Shown here: piece after piece, positions 11,023-21,571 of the stretch
Layout: the number at the start of each line of letters is the position of its first letter
How positions within the stretch are numbered: position 1 is the stretch's first letter
Source of the DNA: Candidatus Latescibacterota bacterium
GTDB taxonomy: Bacteria; Krumholzibacteriota; Krumholzibacteriia; WVZY01
Assembly: GCA_963791045.1 (NCBI GenBank)
Contig: CAWBQK010000013.1
Coordinates: 160,001-224,000 of the forward strand
Reading direction: 5' to 3'
Length of the DNA stretch: 64,000 nt
Translations under genes and position numbers: made by a program
The notes under the pieces: model-generated
What the model was told of the DNA's origin: nothing
The model's database searches: none
Seen by the model: the letters and a program-made list of their open reading frames with translations, nothing else

Positions 11023-12488
11023 CTAGCGCCTGGAGTGTAAGAGAGAGAGTCCGAGGACATAAACGTACCCAGCGACAAAAAGAAGAAGGTACGGCATTGC
11101 GCCCCAGTTTCCGAGCTTGAAGAGGAGAAGGAATGTCAAAAGCATATAGATGGAGAAGAAGCCCTCAATGAGTATCGATCTTGCGTTGCCCGAACGGTAG
11201 ATCTTCCCCTTCCAGCTATCCGTGATGCTTTCGATTCGATATTTGGCCGTCCGGATAAACGGCGTGTCCCGCGACAGCAACGCTTCCCCGACGGCCCACG
11301 CATTGTTTATACACATTCCGATACCAAGGGTGAGAATAAAGGGGATATCCTTGAGACGCCATTTCCAATCGGGATAAATCTCACGCTGAGACGTGAGATA
11401 AAAAACAAAAACGGATCCCGTCGTAAACAGGAACACGAGGACTTCCCAGAATTCCAGACCGCCGAGCATAAGATGATGTCTCAAGATAAGCGACAGCGGG
11501 AGAAGCCCTGAAAGCAATACGATAGAAAGATAGCAGAGGTTCGCGCTCAAGTGGAATGTCGCTTCGAGCTTGACGCGAACAGGCAGCCGGCTCCGCCATA
11601 TCTGCGGCAGGAGTTTTCTTCCGACCTGGATCGCCCCTTTTGTCCAACGATGTTGTTGGGTCTTGAATCCGTAAATATCAACGGGAAGCTCGCTCTTGCA
11701 TACGAGATCGGGGACAAAAACAAATTTCCAACCCGCCATCTGCGCCCGGTAAGACAAATCGAGATCTTCGGTCAAAGTATCGCCGTCCCAGCCTCCGGCC
11801 TCATCGATCGCCCGCCGCCTGAAGATGCCGCCGGTCCCGTTGAAGTTGAAGAATCTTCCGGAGAACGCTCGCGCAGTTTGCTCAATCATGAAATGGCCGT
11901 CGAGAAGTATCGACTGGAGACGAGTGAGAAGAGAATAATCCCTGTTCAGGTATCCCCACCGCGCCTGGACCATCCCCACTTTCTCGTCCTGGAAGTATGA
12001 AACAACCCGCGAAAGGAATTCCGGAGGTATGACAAAATCGGCATCGAAAATCGCAACCAGTTCATCGGCGCTGTGCTCGAAGACCGGCTTTCAACGCGCC
12101 CGCCTTGAATCCCGTCCTGTCCTTCCTGTGATAATGGTGGACCCGGTAACCGAGGTCCCGGAGTTTGTCACCAGCCGATTTTGTTATCTCCTGGGTCCCG
12201 TCGGTCGAATCGTCAAGGATTTGAACGGTGACAAGCTCCTTCGGATAATCGAGTTCACCGACGCTCTCGATCACCCGTTCCGCCACGTAGAATTCATTGA
12301 ATATCGGAAGCTGTATAGTGACGGTGGGAAGGTTGCGCACGTAAAACCGGCGGCGGTTGGACTCTGTCGCGTTTCTTGTAGTGACGGTAATAAAGATAGA
12401 GAATGAAATACCGGTGAATTCCATAGACCGACAGGAACGTAAGCACGCTCAGATACAGGACTATGGTGATCTTTGTGAGCAGATCCAT
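11023..12488 (-). CDS. Processive GT2 (cellulose-synthase-like/glucomannan synthase-like), frameshifted at ~12370, ~12070 and ~11990
   Basis: Fragments: VTIQLPIFNE, QILDDSTD, RTGFKAGAL, (IFDADF), VQARWG, TLTEDLDLSYRAQ, QQHRWTKG (QxxRW), C-terminal TM helices. Confidence 0.85.
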
Positions 12489-12540
12489 GGTTTTTCTTCA
12501 GAATGATTATCGGGTGCGGCTGTGAATGCTCAAATCAAAT

Positions 12541-13530
12541 CTACCCGTCATCCTCGGTTTCTAGCGCCGGGGCGTCATCGACCAGGACTCCCCCGCATGA
12601 CGAACCGCAACCGGCTGTACACCCAAAGCAATGATTTCCTGTTACGATGCGGCGTTCGGTGTGTATTTTCGGGTCGAAATCACGAATGTGAGTTGGCGCT
12701 CCGTGATCGACGGAAAGTTTTAGAGCAAGATTGAAATCACAGTCGTAAATGTTGCCGTCCCAATCCACATTGATTTGATGCCGGCACATAAGCCCATCGA
12801 TGGTGGCCGGATTGAACCTGTCCCTGAGCAGTTCTACATAGTCGTCGTATCTGTTCTGCTTTTTGAGATCTCCAACATATCGGCCGATCGGCATGTTGGT
12901 AATTGTGATCAAATTGGTGAAATCGATTCCAAATTGTCTTTTGAGTTCACGTTTGTAGTCGCGCTCCAGGCTCGTTTGATCCGGTGGCAGATGCGGTCCT
13001 GTGGGGTTGTAGACGAGGGTGAGCGGGAGATCCACGTCCCGGCCATAGCCGAGATCGTTCAGCATCCGAATAGCCTCGATACTGTCGGCAAACACTCCGC
13101 TCCCACGCTGCCGATCGACATTCTCCTCGAGATAACACGGGAGCGATGCAACGAGTTGGACCCTGTTGTCCCTCATGAACCGCGGCATCGCCTCCATATC
13201 GGGAGTAACAAGAACTGTCAGGTTGGTGCGGACAAGGACCGGAATATCCATTTCCCGAATCGTTTCGACGAAACGACGGAAATGCGGATTGAGTTCGGGC
13301 GCGCCGCCGGTGATATCAACAAGCTGGCAGTCGACCTGTCTTGCCGCTGCAACGATCAGTTCCATCGTCTCCCAGCCCATCGTCTCTTTTCGTTTCGGAG
13401 ACGCGGCCACGTGGCAATGAGCGCACTGGAGGTTGCATTTCAGCCCCACATTGACCTGTATAATCGTAACATCGGCCGAGTGAAGGTCATTGCCGGTTGC
13501 GTGACGTATCTTTGAATCAAATTCGTTCAT
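12541..13530 (-). CDS. arsS: Arsenosugar biosynthesis radical SAM protein (Cys variant)
   Basis: QVNVGLKCNLQCAHCH (CxxxCxxC), DITGGAPE, ASLPCY, YDCDFN, C-terminal HCFGCTAGCGSSCGG typical of ArsS/DUF3641. Confidence 0.9.
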   Translation of the reverse strand: MNEFDSKIRHATGNDLHSADVTIIQVNVGLKCNLQCAHCHVAASPKRKETMGWETMELIVAAARQVDCQLVDITGGAPELNPHFRRFVETIREMDIPVLVRTNLTVLVTPDMEAMPRFMRDNRVQLVASLPCYLEENVDRQRGSGVFADSIEAIRMLNDLGYGRDVDLPLTLVYNPTGPHLPPDQTSLERDYKRELKRQFGIDFTNLITITNMPIGRYVGDLKKQNRYDDYVELLRDRFNPATIDGLMCRHQINVDWDGNIYDCDFNLALKLSVDHGAPTHIRDFDPKIHTERRIVTGNHCFGCTAGCGSSCGGVLVDDAPALETEDDG

Positions 13531-13567
13531 TTTTATTCTTCGACCACGGACCTGCGCCCGATTTCCG

Positions 13568-14629
13568 TCAACAGCAGCCGCCCCCGGATTCCTCGCCGTC
13601 ATCGTCGGACATACCAAATGCACCTTCATCGTCAAACGACCCAAAGTGGTTCGAACGATCACCGGTCACCTTGAAATGCCTTGCGAATCGAGTGCCTTCG
13701 AGCATCGACGCGGTGTTGCCGCACACAAGCTCGGGCCGGTTGGTTTCAAAAATGTGGTGGTCATCGAGAACAAAGAGGTTGGGCGATTCCGGAAGCGTCC
13801 CGAGATACACCGCCGTCTGACCATAGTCCTCGCTTACGTCTTCGAGGTTTTCGATTTTGAAAGCGCGAACGGTAATCGAATAAAAATCGATGAGGCCCGC
13901 CTTCACAGCGACTTCGGGATTGTGAATCTCGAGCGGCTTGCTCTCGAACACACGATGATCGGCAAAACCCGCAGCCTCGAGCATCCGTCTGAAATCCTCG
14001 ATGTACAACGCGCCGCCGAGACACTCGCCATAAAACACAGGATCATTCCTCAAAGATTCCGGGATACGACGTCCGGCAAAAACATCGGAAAAGAACAATT
14101 CGCCCCCAGGCTTCAACACGCGGAAGATCTCCGAGAACACGGCCGGTTTGTCGGGAGATAGATTGATCACGCAGTTCGAAATCACCACATCGACCGAGTT
14201 GTCCTCGATACCGGCCGCGGCGAGGTCTTCAATGTATCCTTGTTTGAATTCCACATTCGGGCTGCTATATCCGAACCTGCCCATTTGATAATCGACATGC
14301 CGCTCGGCAACCTCGAGCTGTTCCGGAGTCATGTCGACCCCGATTACCCGTCCGTTTTCGCCGACAAGTTTTGAAACGATGTAAGAGTCGCGTCCGGTAC
14401 CACAGCCGAGATCGAGAACCGTCCGGCCCTCCAGTTCAAATGGAATCGGCGAGCCACACCCGTAAAAACGCTCGAGAATCTCAGGATGAATCAAATCGAT
14501 AACCGAGCCTGCTTCAGGTACGGGGGCGCTCGACGAACAACAAGCGTTTGTTTTGAGATCATTTCCGCTCTGGAGGATCTTCCCATAATATTCTTTGACC
14601 TGGTCAAATGTGCGTGATGAGTCAGACAC
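13568..14629 (-). CDS. arsM: Arsenite S-adenosylmethionine methyltransferase
   Basis: VKEYYGK..DLKTNACC, RFYGCGSP, LDLGCGTGRD, ISNCVINLSPDK, GECLGGALY; AAGGAG before GTG at 14629. Confidence 0.9.
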   Translation of the reverse strand: MSDSSRTFDQVKEYYGKILQSGNDLKTNACCSSSAPVPEAGSVIDLIHPEILERFYGCGSPIPFELEGRTVLDLGCGTGRDSYIVSKLVGENGRVIGVDMTPEQLEVAERHVDYQMGRFGYSSPNVEFKQGYIEDLAAAGIEDNSVDVVISNCVINLSPDKPAVFSEIFRVLKPGGELFFSDVFAGRRIPESLRNDPVFYGECLGGALYIEDFRRMLEAAGFADHRVFESKPLEIHNPEVAVKAGLIDFYSITVRAFKIENLEDVSEDYGQTAVYLGTLPESPNLFVLDDHHIFETNRPELVCGNTASMLEGTRFARHFKVTGDRSNHFGSFDDEGAFGMSDDDGEESGGGCC

Positions 14630-14796
14630 GTCTGCTCCTTGGTAAGGATCGTTTGTTACGTTTTCCAATTTGTCGTCTGGATGGTGTTTATCTTACAGAT
14701 TATCCGGCGGCTGAATCGACGTCGTGAATATAACGCGCCGGCGTCGCGGACGAAACCAAAATCCCGGTGGGACAACGTCGAATGACGGCCCTGCGG

Positions 14797-15504
14797 TCAC
14801 TTGACGGGATCGGGATAATAGCGTTTAAGAACTAGCGGCGGGACGCCTAAGCGGTAGAGCAACAACAGGATACAGTTTCGCGCCGTGCAATAGAGGATTC
14901 CCTCGTCTTCCCAGCGCCGGACGGATGAGACTACCGGGCTTTTGAGGATTTTGATCTTCTCGCCGTCATTCTTGATCCGGCTCATCAGCTCAACATCCTC
15001 CATCAGCGGAATCTCGCGGTACCCGCCAATCCGGTCGAAGTAGTCACGGCGGACAAAAATCCCCTGATCACCGTAGGGCACGCGCGACAGCCGCGACCTC
15101 GTCGTCGCCACCCAACCAAAAAACCTGAAGACCGCGCGCGGAGAGTCGAACTGGAGATTGAAAGCCCCAGCGACAAAACCGCAACCGTCGACCACCTCGA
15201 CAACCGCGGCGAGCCCACCCTCCGGAATCATTGTGTCAGCATGAAGAAACAAGAGAATCTCTCCTCTGGCCGCTTTCGCCCCGGCATTCATCTGCCGGGC
15301 CCTGCCACGCTCCGAGCGAACGACACGCGCCGCGGACGTGTCGACGACCTCGGCGGTGTCTCCTTCGGGGGCTCCTTCAACGACAATTAGTTCCGCGACG
15401 CGACGCTTGTCCACCCCACGGAGGGATTCCAACAAGGCGCCGATGCGTTCGGCTTCGTGGAATACGGGAATTATGACGGAGATCTTTGGTTGGTCACTGT
15501 TCAT
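14797..15504 (-). CDS. GT2, TIGR04283-like (rSAM/arsenosugar-associated)
   Basis: GRARQMNAGA, LLFLHADT, PYGDQGIF, PLMEDVE, SSVRRW. Confidence 0.85.
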   Translation of the reverse strand: MNSDQPKISVIIPVFHEAERIGALLESLRGVDKRRVAELIVVEGAPEGDTAEVVDTSAARVVRSERGRARQMNAGAKAARGEILLFLHADTMIPEGGLAAVVEVVDGCGFVAGAFNLQFDSPRAVFRFFGWVATTRSRLSRVPYGDQGIFVRRDYFDRIGGYREIPLMEDVELMSRIKNDGEKIKILKSPVVSSVRRWEDEGILYCTARNCILLLLYRLGVPPLVLKRYYPDPVK

Positions 15505-15520
15505 TTGGCCTGATCATAAT

Positions 15521-15560
15521 CAAAAACCGCGGAGCGGGAAAGCATTCCTACTCCGCGGTC
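15521..15560 (-). terminator. Probable intrinsic terminator after the prolyl oligopeptidase
   Basis: CCGCGGAG...CTCCGCGG stem with an A-run on its left (U-tract on the minus strand). Confidence 0.6.
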
Positions 15561-15587
15561 CGGTTCATTTCTTAATGGCGGCTACCG

Positions 15588-17765
15588 CTAATTGTCATAT
15601 TTGGCTTCCATCCCCAGAACCTTGAATGTGAACGCGTAGATATCGGCCGCTTCCTCGATACGTTTGGTCGTGGGTTTCCCCCCACCGTGACCCGCTTTGG
15701 TTTCGATACGGATCAGTATGGGGTTTGTGCCCGCGTCCGCCGCCTGAAGAGTCGCCGCAAATTTCTTGGAATGCATCGGCACGACGCGATCATCCGTATC
15801 CGCCGTCGTTATAAGTGTCGCGGGGTAGGCAACGCCTTTCTTGACGTTGTGCAGTGGCGAGTACTCGTAGAGATACTTGAACTCTTCGGGAATGTCTGCG
15901 TTGCCAAAATCGCTCGTCCAGTACCGCCCCACCGTGAACTTGTGATAGCGGAGCATGTCCGTTACCGGCACACGGCACAAAACAGCGCCGAACAGATCCG
16001 GTCGCTGAATCATGCAGGCGGCGACGAGGAGACCGCCATTGCTTGCGCCTTCAATCGCGAGTTTTGGCGTACTCGTGAATTTGGCGGCGATGAGCCACTC
16101 CGCCGCCGCGATGAAATCGTCGAATGTGTTCTGCTTCCTGTCGAGAATCCCCTGCTGGTGCCATTCCTCACCGTACTCGTCGCCGCCACGGATGTTCGCG
16201 ACAGCGTAAACACCGCCGTTTTCGAGCCAGACAAGCCGGCCGACCGAAAAGTAGGGCGTCATACTCGCGTTGAACCCGCCGTACCCGTAAAGGATAGTCG
16301 GGTTGTTGCCGTCGAGCTCGAGCCCCGACTTGTGAACGATGAACATCGGAACCCGTGTTCCATCTTTGGATTTGTAAAACACCTGTTTTGTTTCGTACTG
16401 CGTGTCGTCGAAGTCGATCTCGGGCTGACGGAAGATCGCGACTTCATCGGTTTTGAAATCGTAACGGAAGGCCGTGGTCGGGTAGAGAAACGACGTCAGA
16501 CTGAAGAACATTTCGGTGTCCTTGCGCTCGCCCGACAAGCCGTAAACCGTACCCATGGTTGGCAGAGTGATCTCGCGCCGAAACTCCCCGCCGATGCGGA
16601 ATATTTTAATATTGTGGTGTGCGTCGTGAAGATACGAGACAACGAGTTCGTTGTTGATCATCCGCACCGACGCCATGACATCCTCGCTTGTGGGGATGAC
16701 TTCCGTCCATTCGGCGCGATCCGGCCTGGTGATGTCGATCGCAACAACGCGGCCGCGCGAAGCATCGAGATCCGTATTAAAATAGAACACCGTACCGATG
16801 TTGTCGACAAACTCGTACTTTGCCACGCCGAGACCAAGAAGCGTCACAAAATCGCCGTCGCTCGCCACTTCGCGGTAGTAGACCCCGCTCTTGGGATCGG
16901 TGCCGTGATAAACGTTCAACAAGAGGTACTTGCCATCGTCGGTGATCGACGGATAAAACCCGTACTCCTTATTAGCCGGGTCCTCGTAGACAAGAACGTC
17001 CTGGGACTGCGGCGTACCAAGTGTATGCCAGTAGACACGGCTAAAATTGTTCTGATCTTCTTCGGCAACCGACCCTTCTTCGGGGAACCGGTTATAATAG
17101 AAACCCGACTGGTCGTGTTTCCACGCGATCGATGAGAACTTACACCACTTCAACACCTCATCGTGGTCATTGCCCGAATCTATATTTCTTATATGTATTT
17201 CCCGCCAGTCGCTTCCGCTCTGCGACAGGCCGTAGGCGAGGAGTTTGCCATCTTTGCTGAATGACGTCCCGGCGAGCGCCACCGTGCCGTCTTCGCTCAA
17301 CGTGTTGGGATCGATGACAACGCTGGACTCGCCGTCAAGAGTCTTTTGCATGTAGAGCACGGACTGGTTCTGAAGCCCATCGTTCTTGGAGAAAAAGTAC
17401 CGTTCACCGTGTTTGTACGGGAGAGAGTACTTCGGGTAGTTCCACAACTTCGTCAACCGTTCCTCGATCTGAACTCGTGATGGATCGCCCTGAATAAACT
17501 TCTGTGTGATCTTGTTCTCCGCCTCGACCCAGGCCGCCGCTTCCTCCGATGCCGGGTCTTCCATCCATCTGTACGGATCTGCCACAATCGTGCCGTGATA
17601 ATCGTCCGTCACATCCGACACCCGGGCCTCCGGATAGACGTAATTAGCCGCCTTATCCTGTGACGCCACCGGCGAAAGAAGTGAAATCACTATCAGCGCC
17701 GCCATCGGGACGATAAGCACGCCCGCGAGACGAGATTTTCCGCTTTTCAAAAAACCTGTGTTCAT
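15588..17765 (-). CDS. Prolyl oligopeptidase (S9A), secreted
   Basis: DPYRWME, YGYGGFN, GASNGG nucleophile, DDRVVP, KAGHGGGK; hydrophobic N-terminus; AGGAGGT SD. Confidence 0.95.
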   Translation of the reverse strand: MNTGFLKSGKSRLAGVLIVPMAALIVISLLSPVASQDKAANYVYPEARVSDVTDDYHGTIVADPYRWMEDPASEEAAAWVEAENKITQKFIQGDPSRVQIEERLTKLWNYPKYSLPYKHGERYFFSKNDGLQNQSVLYMQKTLDGESSVVIDPNTLSEDGTVALAGTSFSKDGKLLAYGLSQSGSDWREIHIRNIDSGNDHDEVLKWCKFSSIAWKHDQSGFYYNRFPEEGSVAEEDQNNFSRVYWHTLGTPQSQDVLVYEDPANKEYGFYPSITDDGKYLLLNVYHGTDPKSGVYYREVASDGDFVTLLGLGVAKYEFVDNIGTVFYFNTDLDASRGRVVAIDITRPDRAEWTEVIPTSEDVMASVRMINNELVVSYLHDAHHNIKIFRIGGEFRREITLPTMGTVYGLSGERKDTEMFFSLTSFLYPTTAFRYDFKTDEVAIFRQPEIDFDDTQYETKQVFYKSKDGTRVPMFIVHKSGLELDGNNPTILYGYGGFNASMTPYFSVGRLVWLENGGVYAVANIRGGDEYGEEWHQQGILDRKQNTFDDFIAAAEWLIAAKFTSTPKLAIEGASNGGLLVAACMIQRPDLFGAVLCRVPVTDMLRYHKFTVGRYWTSDFGNADIPEEFKYLYEYSPLHNVKKGVAYPATLITTADTDDRVVPMHSKKFAATLQAADAGTNPILIRIETKAGHGGGKPTTKRIEEAADIYAFTFKVLGMEAKYDN

Positions 17766-17914
17766 GCCGACCTCCTGTAACAGTTTCCTCAAGAACGACC
17801 TGGGAACGAGTATACCCGATGTCCAGCGATCCGTGCCCCAGAAAGATCGCGGGCTTTCTTCCGCGTACTTGACAACTTCTTGACCTGTGGTATGTTTTTT
17901 TTGATCGCTACTAA

Positions 17915-17998
17915 CAATGCGGGGTGCTCGCCGATGGGCGCGGGCTGAGAACATACCCTTTGAACCTGATCCGGGTAATGCCGGCGCAGGGACTCAGA
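17915..17998 (+). ncRNA. TPP riboswitch aptamer
   Basis: GGGGTGC...GCTGAGA..ATACCCTTTGAACCTGATCCGGGTAATGCCGGCGCAGGGA directly upstream of thi genes. Confidence 0.95.
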
Positions 17999-18009
17999 AG
18001 CTCTCGGCG

Positions 18010-18050
18010 CCGCTGACACCCGTATAAAAGGTCGGATCAGCGGTTTTTTT
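18010..18050 (+). terminator. Riboswitch expression-platform terminator
   Basis: CCGCTGA...TCAGCGG followed by T7, between the aptamer and thiO. Confidence 0.75.
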
Positions 18051-18091
18051 GGCTATACGACCCGCCCACACCAAACTCCAACCCCCGGGAG

Positions 18092-19234
18092 ATGAGCGGT
18101 TTGACACGGAACAACAACCACCCCATCGCCATCATCGGCGGCGGGATCATCGGACTCGCAATCGGGTGGCAGCTCTCGCGCCGATCCGCGCCCGTCGTGC
18201 TCTTTGAGCGCGACGAGATCCCGGGTCGTGGCGCAAGCTGGGTCGCAGCCGGAATGCTCGCCCCGCACTCCGAGGTTGGATTCGAAGAAGAAGATTTTCT
18301 CCGGCTTGGCGTGGAAAGTCTCAACCAGTTCCCCCGCTTTCTCGATGAACTTGCAGAGGACGCCGGTTCGCGTGTCGCTCTCGATGAGCGGGGCACGATG
18401 ATCGTTGGGTTCCACCGCGACGACACCGAGAGGATTCGGCGGCTTTTCGAGTTCAGGGAACAGCTCGGACTCCCCGTGCGCTGGCTCCCCGGACAAGAGG
18501 GCCGCGAAATCGAACCCCTTCTCTCCCCCAGGATCACCGGAGCGATCTGGCTCCCGGATGACAGCCAGGTAAACAACCGCGAGCTGGTTGCGGTTTTGAA
18601 GACAGCACTTGTCGCCCGCGGTGGGATCATCAAAGAAAATACACCGGTAACATCGGTAGAGATCGAAGGCGATCGTGTTGCCGCGGTGCACTGTGAAGAA
18701 GAACGGTTCGAAGTGTCGGCCGCGGTGGTCGCCGCCGGGTGCTGGTCGAACCGAATTGATGGCATACCGGACGCGATCCGGCCGCCCGTTCGCCCCGTCA
18801 AGGGGCAGATCGTCTCGCTTCGCATGGACGGCGAGTTTGATTTCAAACATGTCGTCCGCGCGCCCGATGTCTACCTCCTGCCCAAAGACGACGGACGGCT
18901 TGTCGTCGGCGCAACCCAGGAGGAAATGGGTTTTGATACCACACCGACCGCGGGCCCGGTGATGCGGCTTCTCGAGCGGGGGTGGGAGGCGATCCCGTCG
19001 ATATTCGATCTCGCGATCGACTCGATTGAAGCGGGTCTTAGGCCCGGTAGCCGGGATCACGAACCGCTAATCGGCGGCACCGGCGTCGATGGACTCTATT
19101 ACGCAACGGGACATCACCGTCACGGGGTTCTTCTCGCCCCGATCACCGCGTACGCGATGAGAGATCTCATTGTCGACGGTGAAACGTCCGAGCTTCTCGA
19201 ACCGTTTCATCCGTCGCGATTCTTCCGGTCCTGA
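18092..19234 (+). CDS. thiO: Glycine oxidase
   Basis: IIGGGIIG, ASWVAAGMLAP, RPVKGQ, GHHRHGVLLAP; thi operon context. Confidence 0.92.
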   Translation: MSGLTRNNNHPIAIIGGGIIGLAIGWQLSRRSAPVVLFERDEIPGRGASWVAAGMLAPHSEVGFEEEDFLRLGVESLNQFPRFLDELAEDAGSRVALDERGTMIVGFHRDDTERIRRLFEFREQLGLPVRWLPGQEGREIEPLLSPRITGAIWLPDDSQVNNRELVAVLKTALVARGGIIKENTPVTSVEIEGDRVAAVHCEEERFEVSAAVVAAGCWSNRIDGIPDAIRPPVRPVKGQIVSLRMDGEFDFKHVVRAPDVYLLPKDDGRLVVGATQEEMGFDTTPTAGPVMRLLERGWEAIPSIFDLAIDSIEAGLRPGSRDHEPLIGGTGVDGLYYATGHHRHGVLLAPITAYAMRDLIVDGETSELLEPFHPSRFFRS

Positions 19235-19270
19235 CAAGGAGCCCGATCCGACGATACGTCGAGGTTTATT

Positions 19271-19477
19271 ATGAAACTCATGCTAAACGGCGAAACAATC
19301 GAAACCGATGAGGGGAAGACGCTCGGCGCGCTACTGACGTCCCTGGGGATCCCCGCCGATTCTAAAGGCGTTGCCGTCGCCTTAAACGAGACCGTCATTC
19401 CCAAGAGAAAATGGGATTCGGTCGTGCTCAACGCGGATGATACGATCGAAATCATTCATGCCGTCCAGGGCGGCTGA
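19271..19477 (+). CDS. thiS: Sulfur carrier protein
   Basis: 68 aa, VAVALNE, C-terminal VQGG. Confidence 0.95.
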   Translation: MKLMLNGETIETDEGKTLGALLTSLGIPADSKGVAVALNETVIPKRKWDSVVLNADDTIEIIHAVQGG

Positions 19478-19519
19478 TTTGTTGTTTGCCGGCAATCAAC
19501 ATTTATAGAAGGTGTATTT

Positions 19520-20305
19520 ATGGATCCGCTAAAAATCGCCGATCTTACGCTTGAATCCCGCCTGATCCTGGGGTCGGCCCGGTACCCCAACCCGGACACC
19601 ATGCTCGAAGCGTTGAAGGCAAGCGGGACGGAGATGGTGACCGTCGCTATCCGGCGCGTCAATCTCAAGGATGATTCGTCGGAAAGCCTGATCCAGATGC
19701 TCACGCGTGAAAACTATTTCATCCTCCCCAACACGGCCGGATGTTACACGGCGAAAGAGGCCGTTCTCACCGCGCAGCTCGCACGGGAAGCCCTCGAGAC
19801 AAACTGGATCAAGCTCGAGGTCATCGGCGATGATGACACGCTCTTCCCGGATGTCACCGAACTTCTAAAAGCGACCGGTGAACTTCTCGCCGACGGTTTT
19901 GTTGTGCTTCCCTATTGTAACGATGATCCCATCACATGTAAGAAACTCGCCGACATGGGTTGTCCGGCCGTCATGCCGCTGGGCGCCCCGATCGGGTCGG
20001 GCATGGGAATACGAAACCCATACAATCTTAGAATCATCCGCGAAATTGTCGATGTTCCGGTCATCGTCGACGCCGGAGTTGGAACGGCATCCGATGTGGC
20101 CGTTGCGATGGAGCTTGGCATCGACGGCATTCTAATGAACACCGCCGTCGCCGGCGCCAAACACCCGGTTGAAATGGCGAGGGCGATGCGGCTCGCCGCC
20201 GAGGCGGGGCGTCTCGCATACGGCGCCGGACGGATCCCAAGAAAACTGTATGCAGCGGCATCGAGTCCGCTCGATGGCATTGTCGGATCTGACCCCAATG
20301 GTTGA
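19520..20305 (+). CDS. thiG: Thiazole synthase
   Basis: [37 protein letters not shown]. Confidence 0.97.
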   Translation: MDPLKIADLTLESRLILGSARYPNPDTMLEALKASGTEMVTVAIRRVNLKDDSSESLIQMLTRENYFILPNTAGCYTAKEAVLTAQLAREALETNWIKLEVIGDDDTLFPDVTELLKATGELLADGFVVLPYCNDDPITCKKLADMGCPAVMPLGAPIGSGMGIRNPYNLRIIREIVDVPVIVDAGVGTASDVAVAMELGIDGILMNTAVAGAKHPVEMARAMRLAAEAGRLAYGAGRIPRKLYAAASSPLDGIVGSDPNG

Positions 20306-20921
20306 TTTTCGTTTGCTTCTCATCACAGACCGAAAACTCGCGGGACGCAACTCTCTCGAATCCATCGTTGACGCCGCGTGCAAGGCCGGTGTGCGCGCCG
20401 TCCAACTGCGCGAAAAGGACCTCGATTCGAGATCGCTTTTTGATCTCGCCGTGCGATTGAGGGAAATCACATCGGCGCACGGAGCACAGCTTCTGGTAAA
20501 CGACCGCGTCGACATTGCGCTCGCCGCGCGCGCGGATGGAATTCACCGGCCCGAGGACGGTTTTCCGGCGCCAACGGCCCGCAGGCTTCTCGGCGAGAAA
20601 TCGATTATCGGAGCAAGTACGCACTCGCTCGAACGCGTGCGGCAGATGCAAACGGCCGGGGTGGATTTCGTCACCTTCGGGCCTGTCTTTGACACGCAGT
20701 CAAAAAACAAATACGGACCACCGCAAGGACTGGAATCGCTTCGGGCAGTCACCGGCGATGTCGACCTTCCGGTGTTCGCCCTTGGAGGCGTTACGCCCAA
20801 ACGAGCCGCCGCATGCATGGAAGCCGGTGCGTCGGGAGTCGCCGTGATCTCCGCTGTCCTGGGAGCGGCTGATGTGCCGGGTGCGGTCAAAGATTTCAGG
20901 GAAGCGTTGGGAACGTTATGA
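20298..20921 (+). CDS. ThiE/TenI-family protein (possible thiazole tautomerase)
   Basis: [40 protein letters not shown]. Confidence 0.85.
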   Translation: MVDFRLLLITDRKLAGRNSLESIVDAACKAGVRAVQLREKDLDSRSLFDLAVRLREITSAHGAQLLVNDRVDIALAARADGIHRPEDGFPAPTARRLLGEKSIIGASTHSLERVRQMQTAGVDFVTFGPVFDTQSKNKYGPPQGLESLRAVTGDVDLPVFALGGVTPKRAAACMEAGASGVAVISAVLGAADVPGAVKDFREALGTL

Positions 20922-21571
20922 AAAAGAGTGTGGGGCATCTTCACGTTATAACCGACGAGTCGATCCAGAGCCGCTATTCGCATGTCGAAATCGCCGAAGC
21001 CGCCATCGCGGGCGGCGCGGACACAATACAATTCCGGGACAAATCGCTGTCGACGCGGAAGCTCATCGAGACAGCCGAAGCGCTTCGCGCCGTGTGCGCA
21101 CCGAGTGGTGTGCCGCTCATCATAAATGACCGAGCCGATGTCGCGCTCGCCGTCGACGCCGACGGCGTTCATCTGGGAAGGAGCGACCTTCCCGTCGCGG
21201 CGGCACGCAATCTACTCGGCCCGGAAAAAATTGTCGGAGGCACGGCGGGCACGCTCGAAGAGGCCATTGAAGCGGAAAGGGCCGGCGCCGATTACGTGGG
21301 ATTCGGTCACATCTACCCGACATCGTCCAAGGACAAACCCGGCGGCGCAAAAGGCCCGGAGAGTCTTCTTGACATCTGCAACACGCTTTCGATCCCGATT
21401 ATTGCGATCGGCGGGATCGACCACGGAAACTTCGCTCCGGTGATCGACGCGGGCGCCTGGGGGATTGCAGTCATCGGCGCCGTGTGCGCGAGCGAAGACC
21501 CCGAAGCGGCGGCGGCACTGTTGAAGAACGGCATCGATGCCAGAATAAGAAAAAGGAGCGGCGGCAAATGA
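20918..21571 (+). CDS. thiE: Thiamine-phosphate synthase
   Basis: [32 protein letters not shown]. Confidence 0.88.
   Translation: MKKSVGHLHVITDESIQSRYSHVEIAEAAIAGGADTIQFRDKSLSTRKLIETAEALRAVCAPSGVPLIINDRADVALAVDADGVHLGRSDLPVAAARNLLGPEKIVGGTAGTLEEAIEAERAGADYVGFGHIYPTSSKDKPGGAKGPESLLDICNTLSIPIIAIGGIDHGNFAPVIDAGAWGIAVIGAVCASEDPEAAAALLKNGIDARIRKRSGGK

Noticed and set aside
12541-12640. Selenocysteine in the ArsS C-terminus
   Set aside because: The AGCGSSCGG codons are TGC (Cys); there is no in-frame TGA.
15687-17135. Long antisense ORFs (e.g. 15687-17135, 35013-36326, 44152-45582)
   Set aside because: Shadow frames opposite well-supported genes, expected in GC-rich DNA.
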